From Lama guanicoe (taxonomy: Eukaryota): 64,000 bases of DNA. Below, one piece after another: positions 1 through 10,715 of the stretch. The notes under the pieces are model-generated. The model was not told where the DNA came from. It was given only the letters and a program-made list of their open reading frames with translations, and made no database searches. Each line of letters begins with the position of its first letter. Position 1 is the first letter of the stretch. The position numbers and the translations under genes were made by a program. The stretch spans positions 5,777,842-5,841,841 of the forward strand of contig MU053557.1 in assembly GCA_013239625.1 (NCBI GenBank), read 5' to 3'.

Positions 1-488
1 AGTAGTGAGAAAATGCAGAAACTAAGGAAAAACAGTCAAAACAAAATAGTTTAGCCATTAAATAAAGTCAAGGACCTTTAGCTCCCCCTCAAGGACTATG
101 GATACTATTTTGAGCCAAATCCTTTGAGCTGTTTTACAGGCGCTGAAACCCCTACCCAGGTGGAGGAAATTAATTGTATGCCGACCACAAGCACACAGAC
201 CTCAGACCAGCCGGAGGGGTGATGATGCTGACTCCCCATTTCCTCACCACCAACCGATCAGAAGAATGTCCACGAACTCATCACACCCCCCACCCCTCTC
301 CCTCACCCTGTCTTTAAAATTTTTTCCCTGAAAGCCACTGGGGAGTCTGGGTCTTCTGAGCACCAGCTTTCTGGACTCCTGGTCCGGCATCCTGCAATAA
401 ACACTGCACTGTCCATCACCACAACCCTGTGTCGGTGGATTGACTTGACTGCACACAGGTGGGCAGACCGAAGTTTCGTTCGCTAACA
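1..488 (+). mobile_element. ERV LTR, 5' end cut by the window edge; family not assigned
   Basis: LTR layout: TATA-like TTTAAAA at ~312, AATAAA at 396-401, U5-like tail ending ...CGCTAACA at 488. No PBS follows, so it is a solo or 3' LTR. Confidence 0.7.
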
Positions 489-1838
489 GGACAAAATACA
501 AAGTGTTTCAAGGCACAATACAGACAAGATCATGACAGTGAAGGAAAATGCCAGCTGTGACCGCATCCTCACACAGTCCCACCCCTGCCTGTGGTTCCTG
601 TCCTGGCCTGCAGCACCACACCTCCTGTTTACCCGCAGTGCCCCCAGCTGGTGCCAAAAACTGGGCAGGCTCCATAACAGCAGTCCACAGGGGACAGGGT
701 TAATATAACAGAGCCTTTCTTCAGCAGGGAGCCCAGGTTAATTATTTGAGTAGTCTTAGGTGGGGGTAGGCAGCGGACAGATGAAATCTCTAAGTCCCTT
801 TCTATCCTGTTCCCCACAGGGCGGCAAACCCTGACCCCCGGGGACTTACCTGCCAGTCCCGCAGCCACTTTGTGATGTGTTCCCCTGGGAGTAGATCCTG
901 TGGCCCGGGCAAGAGGAAGTTCCTGTCCCGACCGAAAGTTGTCAATGGTCCTTCCGCGGTCAGTCGTTGAACTGGGAATGTGTTGATTAGTTGTCTCTGG
1001 GTTAACAGGCCGGAGGCGCTGGGATGATTGCTCCTGGGTTGTGCCACGTGTGCAGAGCGCCGGCTTCCCGGCTCAGTGGCTGCCTGAGTGGTCCATTCAC
1101 AGCCCAGCAGCAGGGGGTGGTAAGGCAGGTGAAGCGCCAGTATATGTCGTTTTTATCGGCTCATTCCTGAAGCACATGGCCCCGTAAAGTAGGCTTCTTG
1201 GTTGCTACTGATGGCCACGCAGGTGCCGTGTGTTGCACACAGCGGTTCTAGTCTCGGGTGGCGGTGTGCTCGACAGCCCTCGCAATGTCTCCCAGCTGCT
1301 GGAAGGCCTTGTGGGCGGCGTATAGCTGCTGGCCCATCACGCTATACCGTTGCTCTGCCTCCTTCCAAAGCTGGGACCAGAAGTCCAAGAGTACTCTTAT
1401 TATTTTGCCACTGCCACGGGCCCCAACAAAACCCTTTCAGGTAACTGGCCACGTCCAAGTCACAGGATTGTCTCTGAGGTAACACCCCTAAGGCCTGTGT
1501 CCGTTACTGTTTAGGGGTGGACGGCCGGGGGTGTGCCTGTCTTACCCAACGAGGCAGCACCCAAGTATCTGATGGGTAATCCAGGTCCTTGCGTTTTGTC
1601 TGTGTTCACCAGCCATCCCGGTGCAGTCAGATGAGCCACGAGCACAGGGCTGCTACTTGTAAACTGGCAAGACGCAGAGGTTAACAGGATATCAGCAATT
1701 CAACAAAAGAGGAAGACATCTCTCAGGGTCATCGACTACCACAGGGCGCCAATGGTACTGGACGGCCATCCCCGGGAGCACTCCTGCAACTCTCTGTCCA
1801 CCATCCTTGTTGCCGACCATCCCGGTGCTCGGAGGAGT
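489..1838 (-). mobile_element. Degenerate class III (ERVL-like) proviral internal region with pol remnants
   Basis: Minus-strand translation, with frameshifts and stops: RT tether-like CDLDVASYLKGFCWGPWQ / RVLLDFWSQLWKEAEQRYSVMGQQLYAAHKAFQQLGDIA (~1470-1282), and integrase-core-like LEPLCATHG..ISSNQEAYFTG / HVLQE*ADKNDIYWR / HLPYHP..AGL (~1251-1100). Confidence 0.75.
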
Positions 1839-1857
1839 TTCCTCGGTTGGCTTGCCA
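1839..1857 (-). other. Degenerate primer-binding site, tRNA-Arg-like
   Basis: Minus strand reads TGGCAAGCCAACCGAGGAA, 2 nt after the LTR-terminal CA. It resembles TGGCGAGCCAGCCAGGAG, the complement of the tRNA-Arg(ACG) 3' end. Confidence 0.55.
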
Positions 1858-1859
1858 AG

Positions 1860-2348
1860 TGCTGGGCTGCACCCTGCAAGCCTTCAAGCCTTGTAGCTGC
1901 CCATCCTTGAGACAGAAGAAACAGCCTGGAGACAGCGACAAATTCATCAATGGCTTACTGGATGGGGAACCTTACACGTCCAAAAGCAAGGGTCGTGGAG
2001 CAACAACCGACCGTGTAGGACAGATGCCAAGTACTCTTTGCTACTTAGGGGAAGAGGTTGCCATTTATAAAGGGAACTGACGTCAGATTGGCTCATCGGT
2101 TACTAGGGAAACCAGCAGCTGGGGCACATCCTCACAGCCCCGCAGGTTAACGATGACCTGGAGGGCAGATGTTTCCCTGTAATTAACTAGCAGGTGGAGC
2201 TGTTCTGGCCCAAGGATTAGAACCATCACTAGCTGGGCCAGGGGGCAAGCACGTTCATGTGACTAGGGTGCAGGTGAGGCAGGGGCTGGTCGAGCAGGAG
2301 ATGTACAGGGAGCAAGAGGACAGCCATCTTGAGGGACCAGACCATACA
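1860..2348 (-). mobile_element. 5' LTR of the ERVL-like provirus
   Basis: Minus strand begins TGTATGG and ends CA next to the PBS. It contains YY1-like CAAGATGGCTG (2321-2331), CCAAT (2087-2091), CRE TGACGTCA (2078-2085) and TATAAA (2064-2069). Confidence 0.75.
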
Positions 2349-2630
2349 CGCAGACACACAAAAGGACAAGAATTGTGTGATTCCTCTTGTATGGAACATC
2401 TAGAATGGGAAGATCCATAGTGACAGAAAGTGAATTAGCGGTTACCAGGGGCTGAGGGGAACAGGAATGGGGAGTTGTTGCTTAAGGGGCCGAGGGTTTC
2501 TGCCTGAGGGGATGGAAAATGTTAGAATTAGATAGTAGTGATGGTCGCACAACATTGTGAATGTAATGAATGCTTAAAAGTGGTTAAAATGGCAAATTTT
2601 ATGTTATATATATTTTATCACAATAAAAAT
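2349..2630 (+). mobile_element. Old L1 (L1MB/MC-type) 3' UTR end
   Basis: Typical motifs GACAGAAAGT..TTAGCGGTTACCAGGGGCTG, GATAGTAGTGATGGT.GCACAACATTGTGAATGTA, TGGTTAAAATGGCAAATTTTATGTTATATATATTTTA.CACAATAAAAA. Confidence 0.8.
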
Positions 2631-2636
2631 ACATAC

Positions 2637-2752
2637 GGGGGAGGGTATAGCTCAGTGGTAGAGTGCGTGCCTAGCATGCACGAGGTCCTGGGTTCAATTG
2701 CCGAGTACCGACATTAAAAATAAATCAACCTAATTACCCTCCCCCACATCAA
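2637..2752 (+). mobile_element. tRNA-derived SINE (camelid Vic-1/VicSINE-like) with 12-bp target-site duplication
   Basis: Head GGGGGAGGGTATAGCTCAGTGGTAGAG (A box), GGTTCAATTGCC (B box-like), A-rich tail; TSD AAAAATACATAC at 2625-2636 and 2753-2764. Confidence 0.9.
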
Positions 2753-2784
2753 AAAAATACATACAGAGCATCAAAGGCAGCTTT

Positions 2785-3540
2785 GAGTTTTAAAAATTCG
2801 CATACCATGAAATGATGCTTTCAAGTGCACGGCTCAGTGGGTTTTAGTACATCCACAAAGTTGTGCAGCCATCACTACTGTCTGATTTTAGAACATTTAA
2901 TCATCTCAAAAAGAAAGTTCATATCCATCAGCAGTCCTTCCCTGTTCCTCCTTCTTCCCAGCCCCTGGCAAACACTAAATTACCATGTTTCTATGGGCTG
3001 TTTATTCTGGACATCCACATAAATGGAATCCTACAATATATGGCCTTTTGGTGTCTGGTTTCTTTCACTGAAACATAATGTTTTCAAAGTTCATCCATGT
3101 TGCAGCATGAATCAGTACTTCAAACTGTTTTCCACAGCGGCCAAACCAGTCTGCATTCCTGCCAGCAATGTCCGAGGGCTCCAATTTCTCCACATCCTTG
3201 CCAAAACTTATTACTTTCCATTTTTTAAAATTATATCTATCCTAGTGAGTGTGAAGTGGTTTTTGACTTGCATTTCCCTAGTAACTAATGATGTTGAGCA
3301 TCTTTTCATGTGTTTGTTGGCCATTTGTACATCTTTGGAGAAATGTCTAAGACCTTTGCCTGTTTTTGAATCGGGTTTTGTCTTTTTTTTTTCCTTGAGT
3401 TGTGAGAGCTCTTTATACATTTTGGATACTGGACCCTTATCGGATAGATCATTTGGGTCTCTGATCCATTTTGAGTTGATTTCTGTGTATCACATGCAGT
3501 TGGGGTCCAATTTTATCCTTTTGCATGTGGCTAGCCAGGC
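2785..3540 (-). mobile_element. Old L1 fragment: ORF2 C-terminus plus 3' UTR, internally deleted
   Basis: ORF 3211..3420 (YKELSQL..RHFSKDVQMANKHMKRCSTSLVTREMQVK) matches the L1 ORF2p C-terminal region; 2785-3120 resembles antisense L1M 3' UTR. Confidence 0.85.
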
Positions 3541-3619
3541 TCAGGGGAGGATGTGAGACTCATGAGTGACTCGCGCACCCCACATTCTATCCACAGACAC
3601 TGGGAACTCTGGGCCAGAG

Positions 3620-3812
3620 GTTCCCAAACACCCACGTGGGCCGGACACAGACACTGCTGGCCTCAGAATCAACAGAGCAATCTCCAAAATTCAAACATCT
3701 GGCCCTACTGCTCTCGATTGTGATTCGGGAACTCCAGGAAGGGCCCAGGGATCTGTGTTTTACTAAGTTCCCCAGGGGTCCTGTTGTGTAGCTGAGTTGG
3801 GAGCCACTGGGA
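3620..3812. mobile_element. MER5-like hAT-Charlie MITE
   Basis: CTCAGAATCA..., GGGCCCAGGGATCTGTGTTTTA.TAAGTTCCCCAGGGG, terminal TTGGGAGCCACTG. Confidence 0.55.
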
Positions 3813-6800
3813 CTGGCAAATCTCGACCATTTTAATCCAGTGTGCTCCCTTCCTGCACTCCCTTGTACCAGTCTGTGCTTCTGGGTTGGAAGATGGACGT
3901 GGGGCCCTGTTCCTCATGACTCCCCACGACCAACAGCCCCATAAATCTCTGTCAAGTTTCTCTCTTCCCTTTCCTCTCTCCTTTCTTCTGCCTGTCAAAT
4001 TTGTAGCCCTTAAATCTCTCCTCCTACAGGAAGTCTTCCTAGCTTGTCTCTACATACTCGCTGATCACAGATATCCATGGAGAGGCACTTTAAAAATACA
4101 GAAATAAAATATTAGCATATGATACCAAGATATGTAGTATAATGTATGGATTATAGCATAGATAATTTTGTTACAGCATATTTTACATTATCACGTGGTA
4201 TATATTTCTATTATATTACATACAGGTAATTATAGGCATTTAGTCCCAGGGCACAGATTTATGAGATAAGAATGATGCAATAGGGCTGAGAAGGCCCATC
4301 TAGTCTCTCAGTTCCTCACTTCTCCATTTTACAGAAAGTTAAATTGAGGCCAAGGGGCATAGATAACAGGGCTCACATGGCTCTGAGGATCCTTGGCCCC
4401 CACACCTCCTGCTCACTTGTGTAAGCTCATGCAGGATTGACCTGCCGAGTTCATAGCAGCTTGTGATCTAAGGAGGGGAGGCAGAGGCAAGTCCTCGGGG
4501 GCCGGCCCAGCCCCGCTGCAGCCCCCAGCCTGCACAAGGGCCAGGGCCCTCTACACAGCTGGAGTCAGTTACCCAGATGTTTATGGGTCTTTGCCTCTGG
4601 TGTTTATAGTTCCGCCTTTGAGTCTGCTCTGCATCCCCGCTGTAATGAGAACAATACTCCAGGAGGCGGTGTGGGGTGGGGTGGGGGACCGCTGGACCTG
4701 CGCCCTGCCTTCTGCCTAGGCCTCGGCTTAACAAGGGTTTCAGGCCTTTTCCAAGGACGCAGGAAGGACAGCAAGATGGCGCCAATTAAAAACGGGCGAG
4801 AAAACAGGCGCACGGGGAAGAGGGAGAAAGCAGAGGCCAAGAAAAAGGTTACAAATACAGACAGCTGTGACTTTGACACAATACAGGCAAAATCTGGGGC
4901 CAAATCTTTCCTGTTGAGAAAACGCATTCTTCTAATCATGTAAGTTATAGATATCCCTTGTGGAAAATTGAGAACACACAGACAAATGAGAAGAAAATGA
5001 AAATGTCTGTGTCCCACCGCTCCGGGAGCACCACTGTTTGTATTTTAGGACTTTTCCTTGCTGTCTGGTGTATAAAGTCATTTTTGTAGAAGTGAGGGTA
5101 CGCCAACATTCTGTTTTGCAAACCCTTCCATTGTGATCATCGTTAACTATCAACATCTTTACATGCTATTAAGTGTTTTTTTCTACTACATCAAAATATG
5201 TCCTTTCCCTTATGATCATGATCCAGGATTACTGTGAAAGAATTGCAGTCATCAATGAAGTACACAAAATCAAAGCATAAGTGTCCCTCTTGCCCCATCC
5301 CCTGGGGTAACACGTCAAATCTTGGGTGGGGCTCATCTACACGTTTTCCTGTGCACATTGGAGAGCTGTGTTGTAGTTTATTGAAATGATCCCCTCGCAT
5401 TGGACACCAAGGTTAGCTACACGGCTGTGACTTGAAGCTCACGGGCAGCCAGTGTGATTAGGGAAACCTGGTATACCAAGAGCAGGTCAACTTGTCCCAG
5501 AATAAGCTCATCAGTGTGTGGTAATGAGCAACATCGTCAGCAAGGTGTGGGCAGGAGAGGCGGGAATGAATTCCACCGGTCAGTTTCCTTGGGAAGTCAC
5601 GTTTGCTTTTATTTTGCAAATTAATCCAAGTAATTCACACTTGTTGCAGAAAAAAAAATTCAAGTACAAAGAAACAAACCTAAGAAAATTAAAATTACTC
5701 ATAACACAGCAATAAGATGGCGCGTGCTTTGGTATTAATAATCATAAACGCTTATGTCTACTGGGTGCTTCATCTGAGCCAGTCACACTGTGCTAGGTGC
5801 CTGGTACACTTCATCGAGGCTGTGTCATCCCCATTACAAATGGCGCAACCCGGCTTTGGAGCTTGGTGCCTTGTCCATCTTCTCCTGGCTGCAGGGTGAC
5901 AGAGTCTACCTACGGACCAGGCTCTGCGGCTTCTGAGTCCACACTTACCCCACACCTCCTGCGTCGTTTACACGTCTGCCTGGAGGGTTCCCTCTTGTGT
6001 TTTTATCTCCGACCATCTCCTGGTGTCATTAAATACTCTTAGGACTCGGCTTTGTGAATGTCCCACACTTAATTGTTGAATGTGTGGGTTAGAGTTTTAG
6101 TATCATAAACAAAGCCACCTGAATATTTTTGCAGCCTCACCGTTGAGCACATCCATAGTTACTTCCACAGGACCTCTTTCTCCCACCCACAGCAGTCACA
6201 CCAAGGGCACGGGGGTCAGGGTGAAGGGGAGGCACCCAGGGAGAAGTGGGAATAAGGTTTGTGCCTCCCCAGACACTTTCTCCCACCCCTCTGCTCTCAA
6301 ACACCCAGGACCCTCTTCTCTGTGCCAGGCTATGCTGGTGCTAGGGGGGGAGGCGGGGAGGAGGACATGGGTCCTCGGGCCTTCTAGATGGGGCCTTTGG
6401 AAGCTCTGTGAGCAGGAAAGGAGCCTGAGCAGGGCTGCCAGGGAGCACTGGCCCCCAACAGCCCCGTGCACTGGAGGCCATTGGAGAAGGGGCTCTCAAG
6501 TCCCTCGGGCAGGCCGCCTTGTGCCAGCCACCGGGTAGCAGGTGGTGGGGAGGCAGGAGCCACAGGAGCTGCGTCCTATGGCCTCACACTCAGTTCTGCC
6601 TCTCCCCAGGCCCAGTGGCTGTGGCCTGGTTGCTTACCCTTTCTGACTCAATTTTGCTATGTGTGAAATGGAAACATCACTAGGAGGAAGAGGAGAATTA
6701 AATGAGATGATGTGCAGTGCCCAGCAAGTGTTCAATAAACTTGAATGATTCCTGTCCTATCTGCCCCGAAGCTCTCTTGCTGCAAGAGAGGTGGGGCCAC

Positions 6801-7758
6801 TGGCCAGGCCCTCCTGGTCTACCCCCTGCATGGAACTGAGGTCTGCTTCCACAGCTCCCTTGGTAAGGCCCCTCTGAAGTGTGGAGGGAGCTGAAGGAAA
6901 CACAGAGTTGATCGCCACCTTTCCCCCTTCACAAAGGAAGTCACAGTGGAGGACAGCCCCCTTGCTCCAAGCTGGGATCCTCTCCCTTCCCCATTAAATG
7001 GAGTTTGCGAGGCCCCTGGTCCTCGCCCCCTGCCAGGTTGTGCTGGACTCTAGGTAAAGAGTGTCTACCACGTGCCAGGCCCTTTCTCTGTGCTAAGCCT
7101 CAACTCACTGATTCCGCCCAGCCCCCAGAAGGTCTCCCCTTTTCACAGAGGTGGAGCCATGCCCAGAGGGATTCTGTGAGTGGCCCAGACTGAGCTGTGG
7201 GTGGCAGGGCCAGGACCCCTCCCTTCTCTGTCTGACCACAGGTCCTGGCTCTTAACTGTGGTGCTGTCCTGTCCCCCAGCGCACCCCCACCCGAGGTGCC
7301 CTCGCACTCCTCCCTCCCCAAGGCTGCCCACCTGGCCGGTCATTTGCATCCTGTGAGGAGGTGAGCCCTGCCGCGCTCTCACAAGGCACCATTCATCCAG
7401 GCAGGCGGCTGATTGAAACCATGTGTGGTGCAGCCGGCCAAGGTGGCGGCAGCTCCGGAAGCCGGGCCTGGCCCATGGCCTGTGGGCCCTGGGAGGACGG
7501 GACGAGGAGGTCCAGCTGACCCACAGGCCTGTCGGGCTGGGGGGAGCTCCAGGGCAGGACTGACCTCCCCTCTCTTATGCACATGACAAGGGGACCCTGG
7601 GCTGGGCCCCTGACTCCTGCTCCCAGGCTGGGGATATGGGAGGCAGAGAGGCCCTCTCCAGATGAGGCTGGGGAACTGGGCCTGGAGCACCTCAGGGCCC
7701 TTCCCAAGGCTGTGCTCGGCAGGGTTAGGTTATTGGGGACAGCGTGCTCACGTGTGCC

Positions 7759-7786
7759 TGTGTGTATGTGTGTGTGTGTGTGTGTG
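7759..7786. repeat. (TG)n microsatellite
   Basis: Read directly; one interruption. Confidence 0.95.
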
Positions 7787-7829
7787 TTTTGACATCTATG
7801 CACTCATGACAAATTAGGGTTTCCAAAGG

Positions 7830-7955
7830 GCGGTCTGGTGCCGTGGTTAAGACTGTGGGCTCTGGAGGCTCACAGACCTGGGTTTGAGTCCCATCTCTGC
7901 TGCTTCCCGCTGTGCAACCAGAGGCAACTTGCCCAGCCCCTCTGAGCTCCTCTCC
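7830..7955 (+). mobile_element. MIR SINE, 5' part (one of many MIR fragments; only clear copies are listed)
   Basis: GTGGTTAAGACTGTGGGCTCTGGAG..CAGACCTGGGTTTGAGTCCC.TCTCTGC matches the MIR head. Confidence 0.75.
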
Positions 7956-8539
7956 TCATTCACCAAGTGAGGCCTGGTCAAACGGCCTGAGCAAAGAGGG
8001 AGCCACACTGACTAGGGTGGGGTTTTGTGCCCTATCCCCCAGCCCCAGGGCCCCTGAAGTAACTCTGGCCCTGACGCCTGACCTCTGAGTTGTTGCTTGT
8101 CTGGAAGTTGGGAGGGTGCTAAGCGCGGGGCGTCTGGGTTTCCTCTGAGGCCCGAGGTGCCAGTAAGTGAGGGTGAGCTGGGGAGCACTGGCTCCCCAGC
8201 CAGAGTAAGGTGGGGCTGAATTAGCCACCCCCTCCTGGGCCAAGAACAGAGTGGGGCATTGTTCACAAGACCTCCTCCCTGGCACTGAGGCCCCCACAGG
8301 AAGGGGTGGGCGGGCCAGGCCACGGCCAGCACTGACCACAGGCTTGGCTAAGCTGGACCCTTCAGGGGCCTGGTGTCTCGGAAGGCACCCTGATTTTGCA
8401 AGGAATGTTCTACTGGGCAACTCGGGCCTTGCCCAGTCTGAGGCTGGGGAGGCAGACACTTTGAGGGCATTTGGTCCTGGCTGGTTATCTCCCACGGGAT
8501 GCCCTTGGGACATCCCCAGGGATGGGACTAACCCCATCA

Positions 8540-8660
8540 CCTGTGGATTTCAGACTTGCCTAGCCAGGCCCTACAGTTGTGTAAGCTAATTCCTTGCAAT
8601 ACATTTCTTAATATGTCCCTCCACTGGTTCTGTTTCTCTGGCTGAACCCTGACTGATACA
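8540..8660 (+). mobile_element. MLT2 (ERVL) LTR, 3' fragment
   Basis: Diagnostic end CTGGTTCTGTTTCTCTGGCTGAACCCTGACTGATACA, preceded by GATTTCAGACTTGCC..AGCTAATTCCTTGCAATA. Confidence 0.8.
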
Positions 8661-9356
8661 CGTAGTAAGCTAAAATAAGAATCATCATCATCATTATTAC
8701 AATCTTCTCTAAGTCCCCAGCAGCGGGCCGGCACATAGTAGACTCTTGGCAAATGACATGGAACCCTATCTTATATGGGATCAGAAGTCACGTCAGTTCC
8801 TTCCAGGACCAAAGGGCTCCAAGGAGCAAGGACAAGTCCTTTCCCAAGGCCCCAGCAATAGGTAGCTTCTCGGCCCCGAACCATAACCAGGCTGGCACCT
8901 GAGGGTGCCACACACACACACACACAGCTCCCCCGCGCACCAGGACCTCTACTAAACACGTCATATATTAACTCATTTAACCCCCCAAACAGCCTTCTAA
9001 AGTGGCTACTGTAATTCTCCCCATTTCACAGAAGGGGAAACTAAGCCACAGGGAGGCTCATGGTGTGCCCAGGATCCCACAGCCGGCAAATGAAGGAGCA
9101 GAGGCCCCACCGGAATCAGACTCTTCACCCTGCTGCCTTCATGACAGCTCGGGGCCTGCCACTGCTAGAAACTACAAGAGGTTTTGGAGAAATAGTGTTA
9201 GTTTCCTTTAATGTTGTCCCTCTTTACAAGATGGCAGTGTGAGTCTCCTTGAGCTTTGATCTCAGTTTGAATTCCAACTTTAACCCTTCAGTGTCTGATG
9301 CATCTTTGGATCCTGAGTACTTGGAACATAATAGATGCTCAACAAATATTAATTGA

Positions 9357-9468
9357 GCAGGAGGGTACAGCTCAGTGGTAAAGCACATGCTTAGCACGCA
9401 TGAGGTCCTGGGTTCAATCCCCAGTACCTCCATTAAAAATTAACCAATTAATGAAAACCCCCAAACAT
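9357..9468 (+). mobile_element. Second tRNA-derived camelid-type SINE
   Basis: GGAGGGTACAGCTCAGTGGTAAAGCACATGCTTAGCACGCATGAGGTCCTGGGTTCAATCCCCAGTACCTCCATTAAAAA; same family as 2637-2752; no clear TSD. Confidence 0.85.
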
Positions 9469-9714
9469 TGTTACACCTTTTTTTCTGGGCCTCAGTTTTC
9501 CCAGTTACACTGTGAGGATCCTGTCCAACTAATTTCCTTCTTTCTCACTTTACACCTGTCAACCACCTGTACATATGTTCTCTCTTGATACCCCTGCCCT
9601 CACCCCTGTTTGTGGTGGAAGGAGGGGAAAAGGGAGCCTGAGAAAGGAAGTGGAGAAGCAGGACATAAAGAAGAGAAGGGCCAAGGCAGGATGCCGGCTC
9701 TTGCCTCTTCCCTC

Positions 9715-10510
9715 CTCGTTGTGCTGGAGATTCTGGTCAGGACAACTAGGCAGGAAGAGAAATACTAGGGGTCCAGATTGGAAATGAAGAGGTAAAACGA
9801 AGGTCTTTTTTGCAAACGACATGCTCTTGTATATAGACTATCACAAGGAATCCACTAAAAAATGATTAGAACTAATAAATGAGTTCAAGTTTACAGGCAA
9901 TAGGATGAATATACAAACTCAATTGTATTCCTATATATTTGCGAAGAACAATCCGAAAATGTCACAAAGAAAACAATTCCATCCTCAACAGCTTCCAACA
10001 GAGTGAAATACATGAGAATAAATTTAACGATAAAGGGCAAAGTTTACCTCTGAAAACTATAAACTATTGTTGAAACAAACTAAAGATGATCTCAATAAAT
10101 GGAAAAGCCTCATGTGGTCATGGGTTAGAAGATTCCATCAACATGATTAAGATGGTAACACTTCCCAAACTGGTCTACAGAGTCAACATAATGCCTAACA
10201 AAATTCCAGCTGATTTCTTTGTACAAATTGACAAGCTGATTCTAAAGTTCGTATGGAATTTCAAGGGGTCCAGAATAGCCAGAACAACCCTCCATAAGAA
10301 GAATAAAGTCGGAGGAGTCACACTTCCCAATTTCAAAACTTACTACAGAGCAGTGGGATCAAGACAGTGTGGTACCAGCCCAGGGCAAGGTATTTAGATC
10401 AATGGAATAGACACGAGTGTCCAGGAATAAACCCCTACATCTGTGCTCAACTGATTTGTGACGTGGGCTCCTAGACACTTAACGAGGAAAGAATAGTGTT
10501 TTCAGCAAGT
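9715..10510 (+). mobile_element. L1 ORF2 fragment (RT domain C-terminal part and downstream), disrupted
   Basis: VLEILVRTTRQEEK..QIGNEEVK..LFANDMLLYI (degenerate FADD motif). ORF 10086..10397 (KMVTLPKLVYRVN..KLILKFVWN..KKNKVGGVTLPNFKTYYRA) matches ORF2p. Confidence 0.9.
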
Positions 10511-10544
10511 AGAGAAGAGCAAGGAAAGAGATTGGGTTTCGGAT

Positions 10545-10715
10545 TAGGCAGATTTTGCCGTCATCTTGCTGTGTGACTCTGAGCAAGTGAGTTAACCTCT
10601 CTGAGCCTGAGTTTTCTCCTCTGTTAACATGAAGATAATGAGAGAGTGCCCATCTCACAGGTATGGACATGCGAGATAACCTTAAGTGAAGTGCTTGGCT
10701 TAGATCTGGTCCCTT
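10545..10715 (+). mobile_element. MIR SINE
   Basis: GCTGTGTGACTCTGAGCAAGTGAGTTAACCTCTCTGAGCCTGAGTTTTCTCCTCTGT core. Confidence 0.75.

Noticed and set aside
2637..2710. tRNA-Ala-like gene (also at 9357-9430)
   Set aside because: SINE heads: degenerate acceptor stem, A-rich tail, and a TSD at the first copy.
4776..4943. 55-aa basic ORF in a strong Kozak context (MAPIKNGRENRR...), faintly ribosomal-protein-like
   Set aside because: Similarity limited to a few residues, no poly-A or TSD; the ATG is better explained as part of a YY1 motif.
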